DNA of 64,000 nucleotides from positions 320,001 through 384,000 of the forward strand of contig CAWDTA010000004.1 in the NCBI GenBank assembly GCA_963805085.1, written 5' to 3'. The position numbers were made by a program, and so were the translations under genes. Shown here in pieces: positions 38,073-49,085 of this stretch; the first letter of the stretch is position 1; the number at the start of each line of letters is the position of its first letter. The notes beneath the pieces were generated by a model. The model did not search any database and was not told where the DNA came from. It saw only the letters and a program-made list of their open reading frames with translations. This stretch comes from an uncultured Veillonellaceae bacterium (GTDB taxonomy: Bacteria > Bacillota > Negativicutes > JARBTT01).

Positions 38073-40829
38073 CTAAGACTGTTTTATAATTTGTAAAATA
38101 AAACAAATCTCATCAATATTAATGTCAATCGAATATATTTTTTCAATAGTAGATAGCATCTGCTTTATTTTATCAATATCTACAATATATTTTTGCAACA
38201 TATCTTTTTTATTTTTACACTCACGGGTTTTTTTACCATCCAACAAAGCATCAATCGCACAAGTTACATGAAAAATCAATCCTACCATGGTATCTTTATC
38301 TAAAAAAACATGCAAATCATCTTCCAAACTTTTCATAAATAAATCAAAATATTGTTTAAATTCATCCACATCAATGTGTCTTAATTTTTCTTTAATTGCA
38401 TCAAAGACTTGATTTTTAATTTTAATCATGTCCACTGTACTAACCTCTGTAATAACTTGTGCATTTTTCACTAAATTCCGAATTTTATCATAACGATTTA
38501 ACATAATCAAATCCGATAACGAAATAAATGGAATCCCATAAAAATGTGGGTTTATTGTGCCTACAATTGCAACAATTGTACGATCATTTGCAACTTTTTG
38601 TAATCTCTTTTCTAGCTCATGAGGATCACTAATGGACATAGGTAAAATTTCTACATGATCATCTTTAAAATCCACATTATCTTCAATTAAGTTTTTAATT
38701 TTCACAGCACTACCTTCGCCAGTCACACAAAGGGTAATAATCACAAATTCACTATTTATTTTAAAATCCTTAAATAATTCTGTACCATAACTTAATGACA
38801 TTGGAACTTTATCACGAATTGATTGACATATAATATCAATGTTATTTTCTACCTCTACTTGCCGTGCAACCTCTAATGCCATAACAGTAGTAACTAAATC
38901 AATGACTCGCAAATCAATTTTTAATTCTTCACTAATTAACTCACCAAAGGTTCCAAGAGATCCCATATCAACAAGTAAAATCACACTGCTAGGATTATTA
39001 ACTTTTATTAATTGTTTAAGTTCCTCATAACAAACTTTTGAGCTTTTATCTAGATTCATATCATAAGCTAGCACAGACTGAATTCCCAACAAGCAATTAA
39101 CCACTTCAGCCATTGAACTTGCTGTACTTCTACCATGCATAGCAATAACTAACAATGGATGATTTTTCTGGTATTCGCCCTCTATTTTATCAATACTTAA
39201 GAACATTGCAATAAAGGCAACTTCCTCGACAGGTATTTTCACATCATATTCGTGCTCTAACTTACGACAATAATCATGTACAACTTTAAATTCTTCCGGA
39301 TACTTTTCTAGAATTTCTCCAAATTTATGGTTAATGATTGGTTTTCCAATTCGCATCCTTTCTAAGCTAGCCTGCATATGTAAACACAAGCTATGGAAAA
39401 CTTTCACAGGAAAAACTTTATGCAATTCTTTTCCAGCATAACCTAACAAACCATCAACAAATTTAATCGTATTTTCATTTACAATTTTAGAAATTTCAAT
39501 TGTATAGTCTTCAAAATTTCTGATATATTTGTTAAAATAACCTTCAATTTCCGTAACCATTATAAGTCGAATATCTTCTTCACTATATTGACGTCTATGC
39601 AACTCTTCCAATTTTTTTTCAATCTGCCCATAAAAGTTATTTTTATATTTATCTATATGTTTTTCATTAAAAGATCCTAATTCTTTATCAGTAAAAGAAA
39701 ACAATTGCTTATCCTGAAGGATTTCTTCTATCTTTTCAGAATGATCTTTCAGGTACAACATTCCTTGTTTAACATAATCAGGGAGGTGATGTAATTCAAT
39801 TGTAACTTTTTTTTGCATCTCACTAATACAATCTAGAAAGGCATTTGCACAGGTTAATTTAATATCACTTTTTAATTGGCCTACATTTCCTATACACGGA
39901 TATAATAATAAGCTTTTTATCACTTCATCATTTACAATGATTCGCCTATTTACCTGTCGCGACTCTTTCTGAAAAAAATCACTTATTAACAAAAATCGTT
40001 CTTTCAAAGTCCGCTCTTTCAATGATGAAATATAAATCGTCATAGGAATTCTGCGTTTAAATGTTTGCAATAAAGACGTATCTACTTGTTCTGTAGTCGC
40101 ACACAACAACAGTACGTTGACTTTCTTTTTTACTGTATCTCCCAACGGACAAAATTCACCTTTATCTATTAAATAAAATAAAAGTTCTTGCCCCTCGGCT
40201 GGCAAACGATGAATTTCATCTAAAAATAGTACTCCTCCATCAGCTTTTTCAACTATACCGCGATGTTCTCTATCCGCACCAGTATATGCACCTTTTTTAT
40301 ATCCAAATAATTGTCCTATGAGTAATTGTGGATTATTTGAATAATCTGCACAATTAAATTCAATAAACGGAGAATTCAAAGGCATCACACCATTTTCAAT
40401 AGCAAATTTATGCATTAAGCTAGCAAACATGGTTTTTCCAACACCTGTCGGTCCTAAAATTAAAGTGTGAATTCCATTAGGGGGATAAAGCACAGCAGCC
40501 TTTGCCTGACGAATTGGCTTTTTTAAACTTTCACTACTCCCAATCAATGTAGAAAAACTAGTCTCATTACCAGTCATATATATTGTTTTTTCTACTTTCC
40601 CAGAAACACCATATTTAACTGGACGACCATCCATTTTTATAAGTCGCCCTTTTCGATAGAGCTTATTTAGTATAGCACTCACATTACTCCGAAGTACTCC
40701 TATTTGCTCAGCAATCTCCTTAGTTGTATGCCCTATTATCACTTGTTCGTTTTTATTTTTTGCACTCTCGGCCACTAGAAATCCAAATACCTTTTCTTCT
40801 AAATTTTGCTCCCCCATAAAATCCTCCAT
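38073..40829 (-). CDS. LevR-type sigma54 activator with HTH, AAA+, PRD, EIIA-Man and EIIB-Gat-like domains
   Basis: GPTGVGKT, FNCADY, GAYTGA, LFLDEIHRLP, PRD (LHMQ), AMHG, CVTGEG, second PRD (FHV). Confidence 0.92.
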   Translation of the reverse strand: MEDFMGEQNLEEKVFGFLVAESAKNKNEQVIIGHTTKEIAEQIGVLRSNVSAILNKLYRKGRLIKMDGRPVKYGVSGKVEKTIYMTGNETSFSTLIGSSESLKKPIRQAKAAVLYPPNGIHTLILGPTGVGKTMFASLMHKFAIENGVMPLNSPFIEFNCADYSNNPQLLIGQLFGYKKGAYTGADREHRGIVEKADGGVLFLDEIHRLPAEGQELLFYLIDKGEFCPLGDTVKKKVNVLLLCATTEQVDTSLLQTFKRRIPMTIYISSLKERTLKERFLLISDFFQKESRQVNRRIIVNDEVIKSLLLYPCIGNVGQLKSDIKLTCANAFLDCISEMQKKVTIELHHLPDYVKQGMLYLKDHSEKIEEILQDKQLFSFTDKELGSFNEKHIDKYKNNFYGQIEKKLEELHRRQYSEEDIRLIMVTEIEGYFNKYIRNFEDYTIEISKIVNENTIKFVDGLLGYAGKELHKVFPVKVFHSLCLHMQASLERMRIGKPIINHKFGEILEKYPEEFKVVHDYCRKLEHEYDVKIPVEEVAFIAMFLSIDKIEGEYQKNHPLLVIAMHGRSTASSMAEVVNCLLGIQSVLAYDMNLDKSSKVCYEELKQLIKVNNPSSVILLVDMGSLGTFGELISEELKIDLRVIDLVTTVMALEVARQVEVENNIDIICQSIRDKVPMSLSYGTELFKDFKINSEFVIITLCVTGEGSAVKIKNLIEDNVDFKDDHVEILPMSISDPHELEKRLQKVANDRTIVAIVGTINPHFYGIPFISLSDLIMLNRYDKIRNLVKNAQVITEVSTVDMIKIKNQVFDAIKEKLRHIDVDEFKQYFDLFMKSLEDDLHVFLDKDTMVGLIFHVTCAIDALLDGKKTRECKNKKDMLQKYIVDIDKIKQMLSTIEKIYSIDINIDEICFILQIIKQS

Positions 40830-41013
40830 ACTACCGAAAAAACTATCTAATTATTTTCATTATATCATTCTTTTCTTCACCATTCTTTAGTTTTAACAGT
40901 ATCTTTATAAAATAACCGCCAGTTTCAGACCTTAGATAACGAAATAGCTACTTCCCCACAGTAACTGCTTCTTTTATATCTGAATACAAAATCATTCATC
41001 AAATTAACTTAAG

Positions 41014-41340
41014 CCTGAATTCTTCATTGAGAAAGCCATCATAACAAACCAGTGGATGATAGCCATCTGCTGAGTAATGATAGTTAAAAGCTTCGCCTTT
41101 CTGCTTTCCATAGATTAGAAGAAGCGTTGAATCAAAATCCAGAAGAAGGCCTGATGGATAGGCAATAGAATAAATCCGTTTGCGTAAATTACCTGTAATT
41201 CCATGAAGTTGCTCCAATGTAAATTCGTCTAAACGAGATCCAAAGCGTGAAATAGTAGGCTGAGAAGCAGTCGACTTTTTCTAAGACAAGTTGTGAAAAC
41301 AGGATCACTAGAAAGTTCATCAGATACATCGTCGCTAAAT
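41014..41340 (-). mobile_element. IS1380-family transposase remnant (internally deleted)
   Basis: Fragments ASQPTISRF and LLDFDST...YGKQKG.AFNYHY...GYHPLVCYDG joined to an IS1380-type end (CCTGAAT at 41014). Confidence 0.75.
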
Positions 41341-41346
41341 TAAATA

Positions 41347-41379
41347 AGCAATTGACAACTTTTTTAGTAGTCAATGGCT
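41347..41379. repeat. Degenerate copy of the 32794-32826 palindrome
   Basis: AGCAATTGACAACTTTTTTAGTAGTCAATGGCT; 4 differences in 33 nt. Confidence 0.65.
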
Positions 41380-41499
41380 TATTTTTTACCCATCTCCGAT
41401 TTCCCCTTGCTCTATAGCATAATTCGCCTAGAAACTCTGAGAAAATGGAACATATTTTTACATAATTGAGCAAAGACTACATTAATCGCTTAAATAACA

Positions 41500-42852
41500 T
41501 TGCAGACAGGAGATGACTACAAATTGAGCTCATTTAGTAAGACAGATTTTATAGTCATGGCATTCGGAAACATTATCGGTTCTGGCATTTTTCTTGCCAG
41601 TAGTCTTGTAATTACCATTGCTGGTTCTTTAACACCACTAGCCTATTTACTGGGCGGGCTTGTCATGATGATGGAAGTTGCCTTCATTATTGAGATGGCA
41701 ATCGCAAATCCAGTACCAGGTTCATTCAAAGTATGCGCGCAAGAAGTATTCGGTGACTGGTGGGGATTTGTTAATGGTTGGATGTTTTGGGCTAGTGGCG
41801 TTCTCGGGATGGCCAGCGAAGTTACCGCTTGTGCAATTTTCACCCGTTTTTGGATCCCTAATATTCCACTATGGATTCTCAGCCTTTTATTTTCTGTAGC
41901 AATTACAATAATAAATTTTAATGATTTAAAAGGGCTAAGTAAAATTGAACTTGGATTATCGTTGACAAAGATACTTACGCTCATACTATTTATTTTCATT
42001 GGAACTTTATTGGCTATTGGAGTCCCAATTGGACATGCGAGCGAAAATTTACTTTTATTACCACCACTTGATCAATCCCCTTATCAAAGCATAATGGGGC
42101 TTTTAGGTTCCATGTTACTAATTTTTTTCGCCTATACCGGTACAGGCATTATTGCAATGGCGGCAATAGAAACCGAAAATCCAGAAAAAACAGTGCCACC
42201 AGCAGCTAAAATAATTACGTTGACAATAATTTTATTATATACGCTAGCCGCTTTTTTCATGGTGATTTTACTCCCAACTGAGCTTGTTGATTCAAAAGTC
42301 AGTCCCTTTGTGCAGTTGTTTACAATGTTTCAAATACCATATGCTGGCGATATCATAAATTTTATTTTACTGACATCTGCATTATCCGCACTAAATTCAC
42401 AAGTATACTCTGCTTCCCGTATGCTTTTTTCTCTCGCAAAACACGCTCAAGCACCAAAGGTTGTTGGATACCAGAATCGTGAAAATATACCTGTTATCGC
42501 AATCGCTATTAGCGGAACTGTTCTTCTTCTTACCGCGATGTTATCTTATATTTTGCCGGAGCAAATCTTCATATACACGGTCAGCGCAAGTGGTTTTCTA
42601 GCGCTCGTAAATTGGCTGAGTGTATCAGCGACCCATTACTATTATCGCAAAAAACTACTTATAACCTCACCGGAAAAACTAAAATACAAAGCCCCGGGAT
42701 ATCCTTATCTTTCCTGGCTATGCTTTGGCTCTGTACTTATCGCAATCCTTTCAATTCCTTTATATCCAGACCAGCTACCTGGTTTATATTCGGGTTGTAT
42801 ATTGCTCTTTATTATCAGTACCTGTTATTTTATCGTTCATGCAATAAAATAA
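41500..42852 (+). CDS. APC-family amino acid permease
   Basis: GNIIGSGIF, GSF, FAYTGT, ETENPEKTVP, SALNSQVYSASRMLFSLA. Confidence 0.92.
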   Translation: MQTGDDYKLSSFSKTDFIVMAFGNIIGSGIFLASSLVITIAGSLTPLAYLLGGLVMMMEVAFIIEMAIANPVPGSFKVCAQEVFGDWWGFVNGWMFWASGVLGMASEVTACAIFTRFWIPNIPLWILSLLFSVAITIINFNDLKGLSKIELGLSLTKILTLILFIFIGTLLAIGVPIGHASENLLLLPPLDQSPYQSIMGLLGSMLLIFFAYTGTGIIAMAAIETENPEKTVPPAAKIITLTIILLYTLAAFFMVILLPTELVDSKVSPFVQLFTMFQIPYAGDIINFILLTSALSALNSQVYSASRMLFSLAKHAQAPKVVGYQNRENIPVIAIAISGTVLLLTAMLSYILPEQIFIYTVSASGFLALVNWLSVSATHYYYRKKLLITSPEKLKYKAPGYPYLSWLCFGSVLIAILSIPLYPDQLPGLYSGCILLFIISTCYFIVHAIK

Positions 42853-42946
42853 CAAACTTTTCACTATGTAGACTTCATCTATTTCCAAAAACAAAAAAAT
42901 TTAAGAGGCTGTTATGAAACAGCCCCTTGTCTATTATTATTTCTAT

Positions 42947-44020
42947 CTATTTGCACATCTGAGAAAGTACAGCAACAACCTCGTCGCCAACTTCATTTGT
43001 TTTTGCCTGTCCATCCATATCTGGTGTAAGCGCTTTCTTTTCTACCATAACTTGCTCAATCGCTTTTAAAACCTGACTGCCCCACTCTTCATGACCAAAG
43101 AAATCAAGCATCTGGCTAACGGACCAAATCGAAGCTAACGGATCGGCAATGCCCTTTCCAGCAATATCAGGTGCCGAGCCATGAATAGGTTCAAACATCG
43201 ATGGATATTTTCTTTCTGGATTTACATTTGCCCCAGCAGCAAGTCCCATACCGCCTGAGATCGCAGCGCCTAAATCCGTAAGAATATCACCAAATAAATT
43301 TGATGTTACGACAACTTGGAACCGCCCTGGATCTTTCACAAAGAACATACTAGCAGCATCAACCAAATAAGAATACGTCTTCACATCTGGGTATTCCTTG
43401 CCAACTTCAGCAAATATTTGATCCCAGAAAACCATCGAATAAATCAAAGCATTTCCTTTACTGATGCTAGTTAATGTTTTACCAGTCTTACGCGCCTCTT
43501 CATAAGCATAACGGATAATACGCTCCGTACCTTTACGAGAAAATACGCCTGTTTGCAAAACAACTTCCTCGGGTTTGCCTTTAAATAACCACTCGCCAGC
43601 CCCTGCATACTCGCCTTCGCTATTTTCTCTGATCACAAGCATATCAATCTGATCCCGCGTGATATCCTTCAAAGGACATGGCGCACCATCAAGCAATTGA
43701 ACTGGACGTATATTCACATACTGATCAAAGCCTTTTCTAATTTTAAGTAATAAATCACAAAGAGAAATGTGATCGGGAACACCAGGATACCCCACTGCGC
43801 CTAAATATATCGCATCAAAAGCTTTTAGCTTTTCTAATCCATCATCATCCATCATTTTGCCATTTTTTAAATAATACTGGCAACCCCAAGGAAAATAAGT
43901 AAAATCAAATTTAAAAGCTCCAGATAATTCAGATACTTTATTTAAAATTTTTATACCTTCAGCCAATACTTCGGGACCAATTCCATCTCCAGCAATCACT
44001 GCAACTTTATATTCTTTCAT
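42947..44020 (-). CDS. Tartrate / D-malate dehydrogenase (decarboxylating)
   Basis: GDGIGPEV, RKGFDQYVNIRP, RENSEGEY, SNLFGDILTDL, SMFEPIHGSAPDIAGKGIA. Confidence 0.85.
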   Translation of the reverse strand: MKEYKVAVIAGDGIGPEVLAEGIKILNKVSELSGAFKFDFTYFPWGCQYYLKNGKMMDDDGLEKLKAFDAIYLGAVGYPGVPDHISLCDLLLKIRKGFDQYVNIRPVQLLDGAPCPLKDITRDQIDMLVIRENSEGEYAGAGEWLFKGKPEEVVLQTGVFSRKGTERIIRYAYEEARKTGKTLTSISKGNALIYSMVFWDQIFAEVGKEYPDVKTYSYLVDAASMFFVKDPGRFQVVVTSNLFGDILTDLGAAISGGMGLAAGANVNPERKYPSMFEPIHGSAPDIAGKGIADPLASIWSVSQMLDFFGHEEWGSQVLKAIEQVMVEKKALTPDMDGQAKTNEVGDEVVAVLSQMCK

Positions 44021-44184
44021 CTAAGTATCCCTCTCTCTTATGAACTATCGATTGTCTCTTTTTTAGAGTACCATGACTCGCTTTTTTATTCAAGCCAAAC
44101 TCCCCTTCACTTCGTCTATTTTATCCATGATTTCAGGACAACTCTAATTTGCTGAGCTCGTAGTCTTGACGAAGTCAATATGCA

Positions 44185-44226
44185 TAAAATGAAAGTGAGC
44201 CAAATCATCTGGCCACTTTCATTTTA
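44185..44226 (-). terminator. Terminator downstream of the alcohol dehydrogenase
   Basis: TAAAATGAAAGTG..CCA / TGG.CACTTTCATTTTA. Confidence 0.65.
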
Positions 44227-44230
44227 AGAC

Positions 44231-45412
44231 TTATATTGCAAGTCGGTAAATCGCTTCAACATCTTTTGGACCAAGTGGCATGAATCCACCAATCTTATTA
44301 TGCTCAGTAACCCCGAGATGTTTTACTAAAGCAGGAATATCTTCTTCTTTTGCACCTAACTCTTCAAAATTAGCCGGCATCCCAATAGAACCTAAGAAAT
44401 TACGGAAACGCTTAATCCCTTCAGTTGCAGTAAGCCCTGGATTGGCAAAATTTATATCACAGCCCCATACCCGCACTGCAAATTGCGCAAAACGATTGAT
44501 GTCATGGTTCATCACATAGGTCATCCAAGCAGGCATAATTACTGCTAACCCCGCACCATGCGCCACGTCGTATAAAGAAGAAAGTTCATGTTCAATATCG
44601 TGACTGCTCCAATCCTGCTGCCGACCAACACCACATAAATTGTTGTGCGCGACCATCCCCGCCCACATAATGTTGGCACGTGCCTGATAATCCTGTAAGT
44701 TTGCCATAACTTTTGGTGCTTCTTCAATCATCGTTTGCAAAATTCCCTCACATAGACGATCCGTTACTTCTACATCTTTAGTCTTCGTGAAATAGCGTTC
44801 GCATACATGCGCCATAATATCAGTAATACCACAAGCGGTCTGATAAGCGGACAAAGTACAGGTTGACTCTGGATTCAAGATGGAGAATTTCGGACGCAAA
44901 GCTTCCCCTGTGGTGGCACGTTTCAACATACCATTTTCATGGGTAATCACGGAATCTGCCGAACCTTCACTACCTGCGGCAGCAATCGTCAAAACTGTGC
45001 CTATCATTAAAGCTTTGTCTACCGTTTTTCCAGTTCCATAATACTCCCAGAAATCGCCGTCATAAACAGCACCAGCAGCAATTGCTTTTGCCGAATCAAT
45101 AGAACTTCCGCCACCGACTGCTAGTACAAAGTCAACACTTTCTTTACGGCAAAGTTCAATTCCTTCATAGACTAAGCCACTTCTTGGGTTTGGCATAACC
45201 CCGCCCTGCTCGACGTAAGAAATCTTTGCTTCTTTTAAGGATGCAGCCACTTTATCAAAAACACCATTTCGCTTAATAGAACCTCCACCATAGTGGATTA
45301 AAACTTTCGTTCCACCAAAACGTTTTACCAATTCTCCGATATTACTTTCACTGTCTTTACCAAAGCAGAAATACGTTGGAGCATAAAATCTAAAATTATC
45401 CATACCTATCAT
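44231..45412 (-). CDS. Iron-containing alcohol dehydrogenase (BdhA/YugJ-like)
   Basis: YGGGSIKRNG, AVGGGSSIDSAK, AAGSE, DIMAH, HDIEHELS..YDVAHGAGLA. Confidence 0.9.
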   Translation of the reverse strand: MIGMDNFRFYAPTYFCFGKDSESNIGELVKRFGGTKVLIHYGGGSIKRNGVFDKVAASLKEAKISYVEQGGVMPNPRSGLVYEGIELCRKESVDFVLAVGGGSSIDSAKAIAAGAVYDGDFWEYYGTGKTVDKALMIGTVLTIAAAGSEGSADSVITHENGMLKRATTGEALRPKFSILNPESTCTLSAYQTACGITDIMAHVCERYFTKTKDVEVTDRLCEGILQTMIEEAPKVMANLQDYQARANIMWAGMVAHNNLCGVGRQQDWSSHDIEHELSSLYDVAHGAGLAVIMPAWMTYVMNHDINRFAQFAVRVWGCDINFANPGLTATEGIKRFRNFLGSIGMPANFEELGAKEEDIPALVKHLGVTEHNKIGGFMPLGPKDVEAIYRLAI

Positions 45413-45686
45413 CTCCTTCCCCTATTCTACTTTATAGTATACATGTTAAAATTCACCAACGCTACCTTAGAAAAAACACAATACTGCCTTGCTAGAAATA
45501 TCTAGAGAAAACAGTATCTGTATCCCCACTAGCATAGTCAAAAGACCTGCATATAATAATAAACGCTAAAAATACCTTTCCACAGAAAAATGGTTACATT
45601 GATAATTGTCTGCTTGAACATCGTTATGATAATATCCCTGGGCGCTATTGCTAATCAAAATGCCTATAACAATATCCTTTAGTTTC

Positions 45687-45717
45687 AAAAAAAGCGTAGG
45701 CGATACAATCGCCTACG
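45687..45717 (-). terminator. Intrinsic terminator of the uxu/uxa operon
   Basis: Minus strand CGTAGGCGAT-TGT-ATCGCCTACG followed by a T-tract. Confidence 0.75.
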
Positions 45718-45792
45718 TTCCGTGCTTTGCTTTCGCGCACTTTTAAATTTTTTGAATTCATTACATTCAGCAAACCCAAGGGGATTTTATTA

Positions 45793-47196
45793 TTAAAATT
45801 CAAAATATTTTTTTACATTATGATATGAAATGTTTTCTACCAAGTTTCCTAAAAATTTCATATCAGCGGGATATTCCCCTTTTTCTACCCACGTACCAAT
45901 CATATTACAAAGAATACGCCGAAAATATTCATGCCTTGTATAGGACAAAAACGATCTTGAATCTGTTAGCATGCCAATAAAATTTCCTAAAATAGATAAA
46001 CTTGCTAAACTTGTAAGCTGATCCAGCATCCCTGTTTTACTATCATTAAACCACCAAGCAGCTCCATGTTGAATTTTCCCAGCAATCTCACTTCCCTGGA
46101 AAGATCCAATTATAGAACCAATTAATTCATTATCATTTGGATTTAGTGAATAAAGTATTGTTTTTGGTAACTTATTCTTTTTATTAAGTGCATCTAATAA
46201 TTTTACAATTGCATCCCCACAATGATGAGCTGCAATGCAATCAAATCCTGTATCTGCTCCCAACATTTTTAATGCCAATGAATTTCCGTTGCGCTGTGCC
46301 GAATAATGAATCTGCATCCCCCAATTTTTTTTGCTGTATTCCTGCCCTAAAAACAGTAGAATTCCTGTTTTATAAGCTTCAATCTCCTCTGCTGTTAATT
46401 TCTCTCTGTGAAGCGCTTTCTGAAATATCTTATTAAGCTCGGTATCTTTTACTTCCCGAAAAAACACATAATCCAATCCGTGGTCTGAGGCTCTACAACC
46501 CATTTTATGAAAAAATTCTATACGATTTTCCAATGCTTGATAAACATCTTCTATAGTCTGTATTTTTATCTTAGATGCTTTATTAAGGCGTTCAATATAC
46601 GATATAAACCCTTCTTTTTCAATCGCCATTATTCCATCAGGGCGCATTGTCGGTAAGACCTCAGCCAAACATTTTCCATCTTCCTTTATCTTTTTATGCC
46701 AATGTAAATCATCTGCCGGATCATCTGTTGTACAAATCACTTTCACATTAGAAGCTTTAATAATCCCCAACACGGACATTTCTTTTTCTTGTAATTTTTT
46801 ATTGCAAAGATTCCAAATCTCTTCCGACGTCTCTCCATTCAAGGGTATTGAACAATTAAAATACCGCTGTAGTTCCATGTGTGTCCAGTGATAAAGCGGA
46901 TTTCCTATTGCTCTTGGTAACGCTTCGGCAAATTTTTGAAATTTTTCACGATCCGTCGATTCTGTACCCGTAATATATTTTTCTTCGACCCCATTAGAAC
47001 GAATCATGCGCCATTTATAATGATCCCCCCCCAACCATGCTTCCGTAATGTTTCTAAAAACATGATTTTCAGCAATTTGCTGCGGATTTATATGACAATG
47101 ATAATCAATAATCGGCATTCTAGTGGCATGCTGATGAAACAAAATCTGCGCGGTTTCATTTTCTAACAAAAAGTTTTTACCCATGAATTCTTCCAT
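45793..47196 (-). CDS. uxaC: Uronate isomerase
   Basis: PIIDYHCH, GGDHYKWR, GNPLYHW, CTTDDP, GAAWWFND, GMLTDSRSFLSYTRHEYFRR. Confidence 0.96.
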   Translation of the reverse strand: MEEFMGKNFLLENETAQILFHQHATRMPIIDYHCHINPQQIAENHVFRNITEAWLGGDHYKWRMIRSNGVEEKYITGTESTDREKFQKFAEALPRAIGNPLYHWTHMELQRYFNCSIPLNGETSEEIWNLCNKKLQEKEMSVLGIIKASNVKVICTTDDPADDLHWHKKIKEDGKCLAEVLPTMRPDGIMAIEKEGFISYIERLNKASKIKIQTIEDVYQALENRIEFFHKMGCRASDHGLDYVFFREVKDTELNKIFQKALHREKLTAEEIEAYKTGILLFLGQEYSKKNWGMQIHYSAQRNGNSLALKMLGADTGFDCIAAHHCGDAIVKLLDALNKKNKLPKTILYSLNPNDNELIGSIIGSFQGSEIAGKIQHGAAWWFNDSKTGMLDQLTSLASLSILGNFIGMLTDSRSFLSYTRHEYFRRILCNMIGTWVEKGEYPADMKFLGNLVENISYHNVKKYFEF

Positions 47197-47208
47197 TAAA
47201 AATCATCC

Positions 47209-49005
47209 TCATATATTATTTTCTTTTGATTTTTTTCCAATTACACTTTGTAACGCCTGATAAACATTGCTAACTTTTTGCCCCAATGCCACCTGAAGCT
47301 GTTCTCCAACTATAATAGCATCTTTGACACCATCTAAATTCTTTAAAACTTCGCAATTTGCCGCCGTATTATCTGATAATGTAATTCTAATCCGCGTAGC
47401 GCAATACGTATAATAATCAATATTATACGCTCCGCCGACATTTGCCAAAATTGCATTTGCTAAAATTAATTGATCATCTTCTGCATCTTTTAGATTGTCT
47501 ATTTTAATTGAATGACTCCAAATCTCTTGGTATTTGTATCCTGTTAGTTCTTCAACAATTGCCTTAGTTTCAGCACTAACATCATCCTTACTTCCACCAG
47601 CTTTTAAACGATCAATTTCTTGAATCAAGACAGCATGTGTCTGTTTGTTCAGCTTAAAATGCCATGCGAAATACAACGCAATTGCAATTAGGCCACCGGT
47701 GCCTATGAACAATGTATTAGCGATTGTATGAATAGCTTCTGGGGTCTGTATTAATTGTCCTTTAATAAATCCACCTTCCTGTAAGACAAAACCTACAATT
47801 ATCGTAGCAACTGCGACTGTAGTTTTCCTCGCAAAAGTCATAACTGCAGCAAACAACCCTTCTCTTCTTTTCTGCGATATAATTTCATCTACATCTGGAA
47901 TAAAAGGAAAAACATTCCATGGTGTGAATTCAAGAAGCTGACGCCCTACTTGATAAAAAAGGCCTAATGCATATAAAACAACCAATTTAGAACCAGGATC
48001 ATAAAGATATACTACAAAAAATCCTATTAAACAAACAAGCATTGTTATATAAGAAGTTTTAAACAAATTACTCGGCCCAATTTTAATCAATAAGAATCCT
48101 CCAGCAATCGTTGCTGGTATTCCAATAATACTTAACGAAAGTATATCAGCAGCATTTGACGATGGAATGTTTAAACAGAATACCGCAAAGAAAACAAATA
48201 CCGTATTAAAAACGTCTTTTCCCGTAAAAGAGCAAATATAGATCAATAAATGCTGACGAAAAGCTTTAACTTTCAAAGTAGACCAGTATTCTTTAGTGAT
48301 ATGAACAAAACTTTGGCACTTCTCAGCAAAACTTTTAGGCTGTTCGGTCTGAAGAAGTTCTTCTTTCATTTTTGCTGTAAGTTCTCTTTCCCAGGTTACT
48401 TTGTAACTAATAAAAATGCAAATAGCAAACAGTACCGCAAAAATTGTACCATTTAAGGAATATGCATACGCATTATTTTCCCCAAAGTGACGAATTAAAA
48501 TTGCTGGGACAAATGTAGCTAAAAAAGTGCCCGTAGATGATATAAACATACGGCAGGTAGAAAGTTTTGTCCTCGCATTAAAGTCCGTTGTCATTTCCGA
48601 TGGCAAAGTTTCCCAAGGAATCAATACCATTGCTGCAATAATTTCAAATGCTAGATAGCAAGTTAAGTAATACCAATAACTCATTCCTGTAAGCCAAAGC
48701 ATAGCATAAACAGCCATCAACGGTGATCCAATCAGTAAGAAAAATCGACGACGGCCAAAACGTTTTCCAAGCTTATTCTTGAAAAAATTATCTGATACGC
48801 TACCAATAGATAAACTGACGATTGCATCAACTATTCTGGCAATTCCGACAATTGAAGCTGCTTCTAGCGGTGTTAAGCCAGCATATGTTGTATAAAAGAA
48901 AAGTAGCCACGCCCCTATAATTGTAAATGCACCACCACCCATCAAGTCTGTTAAACCAAAACCTATACCAATCGGAATTGTAATTTTTCTATTTTTCTCA
49001 GCCAT
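47209..49005 (-). CDS. GPH/MFS oligosaccharide symporter (TogT/RhiT-like) fused to a C-terminal glucose-family PTS EIIB domain
   Basis: MFS part: GRRRFFLLIG, PWETLPSEMT, PDVDE...RREG.FA. C-terminal part: ILANVGGAYNI....CATRIRITL.D...QLQVALG..V..VY. Confidence 0.85.
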   Translation of the reverse strand: MAEKNRKITIPIGIGFGLTDLMGGGAFTIIGAWLLFFYTTYAGLTPLEAASIVGIARIVDAIVSLSIGSVSDNFFKNKLGKRFGRRRFFLLIGSPLMAVYAMLWLTGMSYWYYLTCYLAFEIIAAMVLIPWETLPSEMTTDFNARTKLSTCRMFISSTGTFLATFVPAILIRHFGENNAYAYSLNGTIFAVLFAICIFISYKVTWERELTAKMKEELLQTEQPKSFAEKCQSFVHITKEYWSTLKVKAFRQHLLIYICSFTGKDVFNTVFVFFAVFCLNIPSSNAADILSLSIIGIPATIAGGFLLIKIGPSNLFKTSYITMLVCLIGFFVVYLYDPGSKLVVLYALGLFYQVGRQLLEFTPWNVFPFIPDVDEIISQKRREGLFAAVMTFARKTTVAVATIIVGFVLQEGGFIKGQLIQTPEAIHTIANTLFIGTGGLIAIALYFAWHFKLNKQTHAVLIQEIDRLKAGGSKDDVSAETKAIVEELTGYKYQEIWSHSIKIDNLKDAEDDQLILANAILANVGGAYNIDYYTYCATRIRITLSDNTAANCEVLKNLDGVKDAIIVGEQLQVALGQKVSNVYQALQSVIGKKSKENNI

Positions 49006-49085
49006 ATTAATTCCCCCTACATTTTTATTCGTATTGTTATATTAAAGCTGTAAAATCTGAAATGGTAACTTTCCAATTTTTATAT

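Noticed and set aside
38073-40829. GAYTGA instead of GAFTGA implying a sigma54-independent activator
   Set aside because: A consensus -24/-12 promoter lies directly upstream of the target operon, so normal sigma54 activation is the simpler reading.
44030-44180. Possible riboswitch upstream of the tartrate dehydrogenase (CTTCGTC...GACGAAG pairing)
   Set aside because: Only one short stem and no recognisable aptamer consensus.
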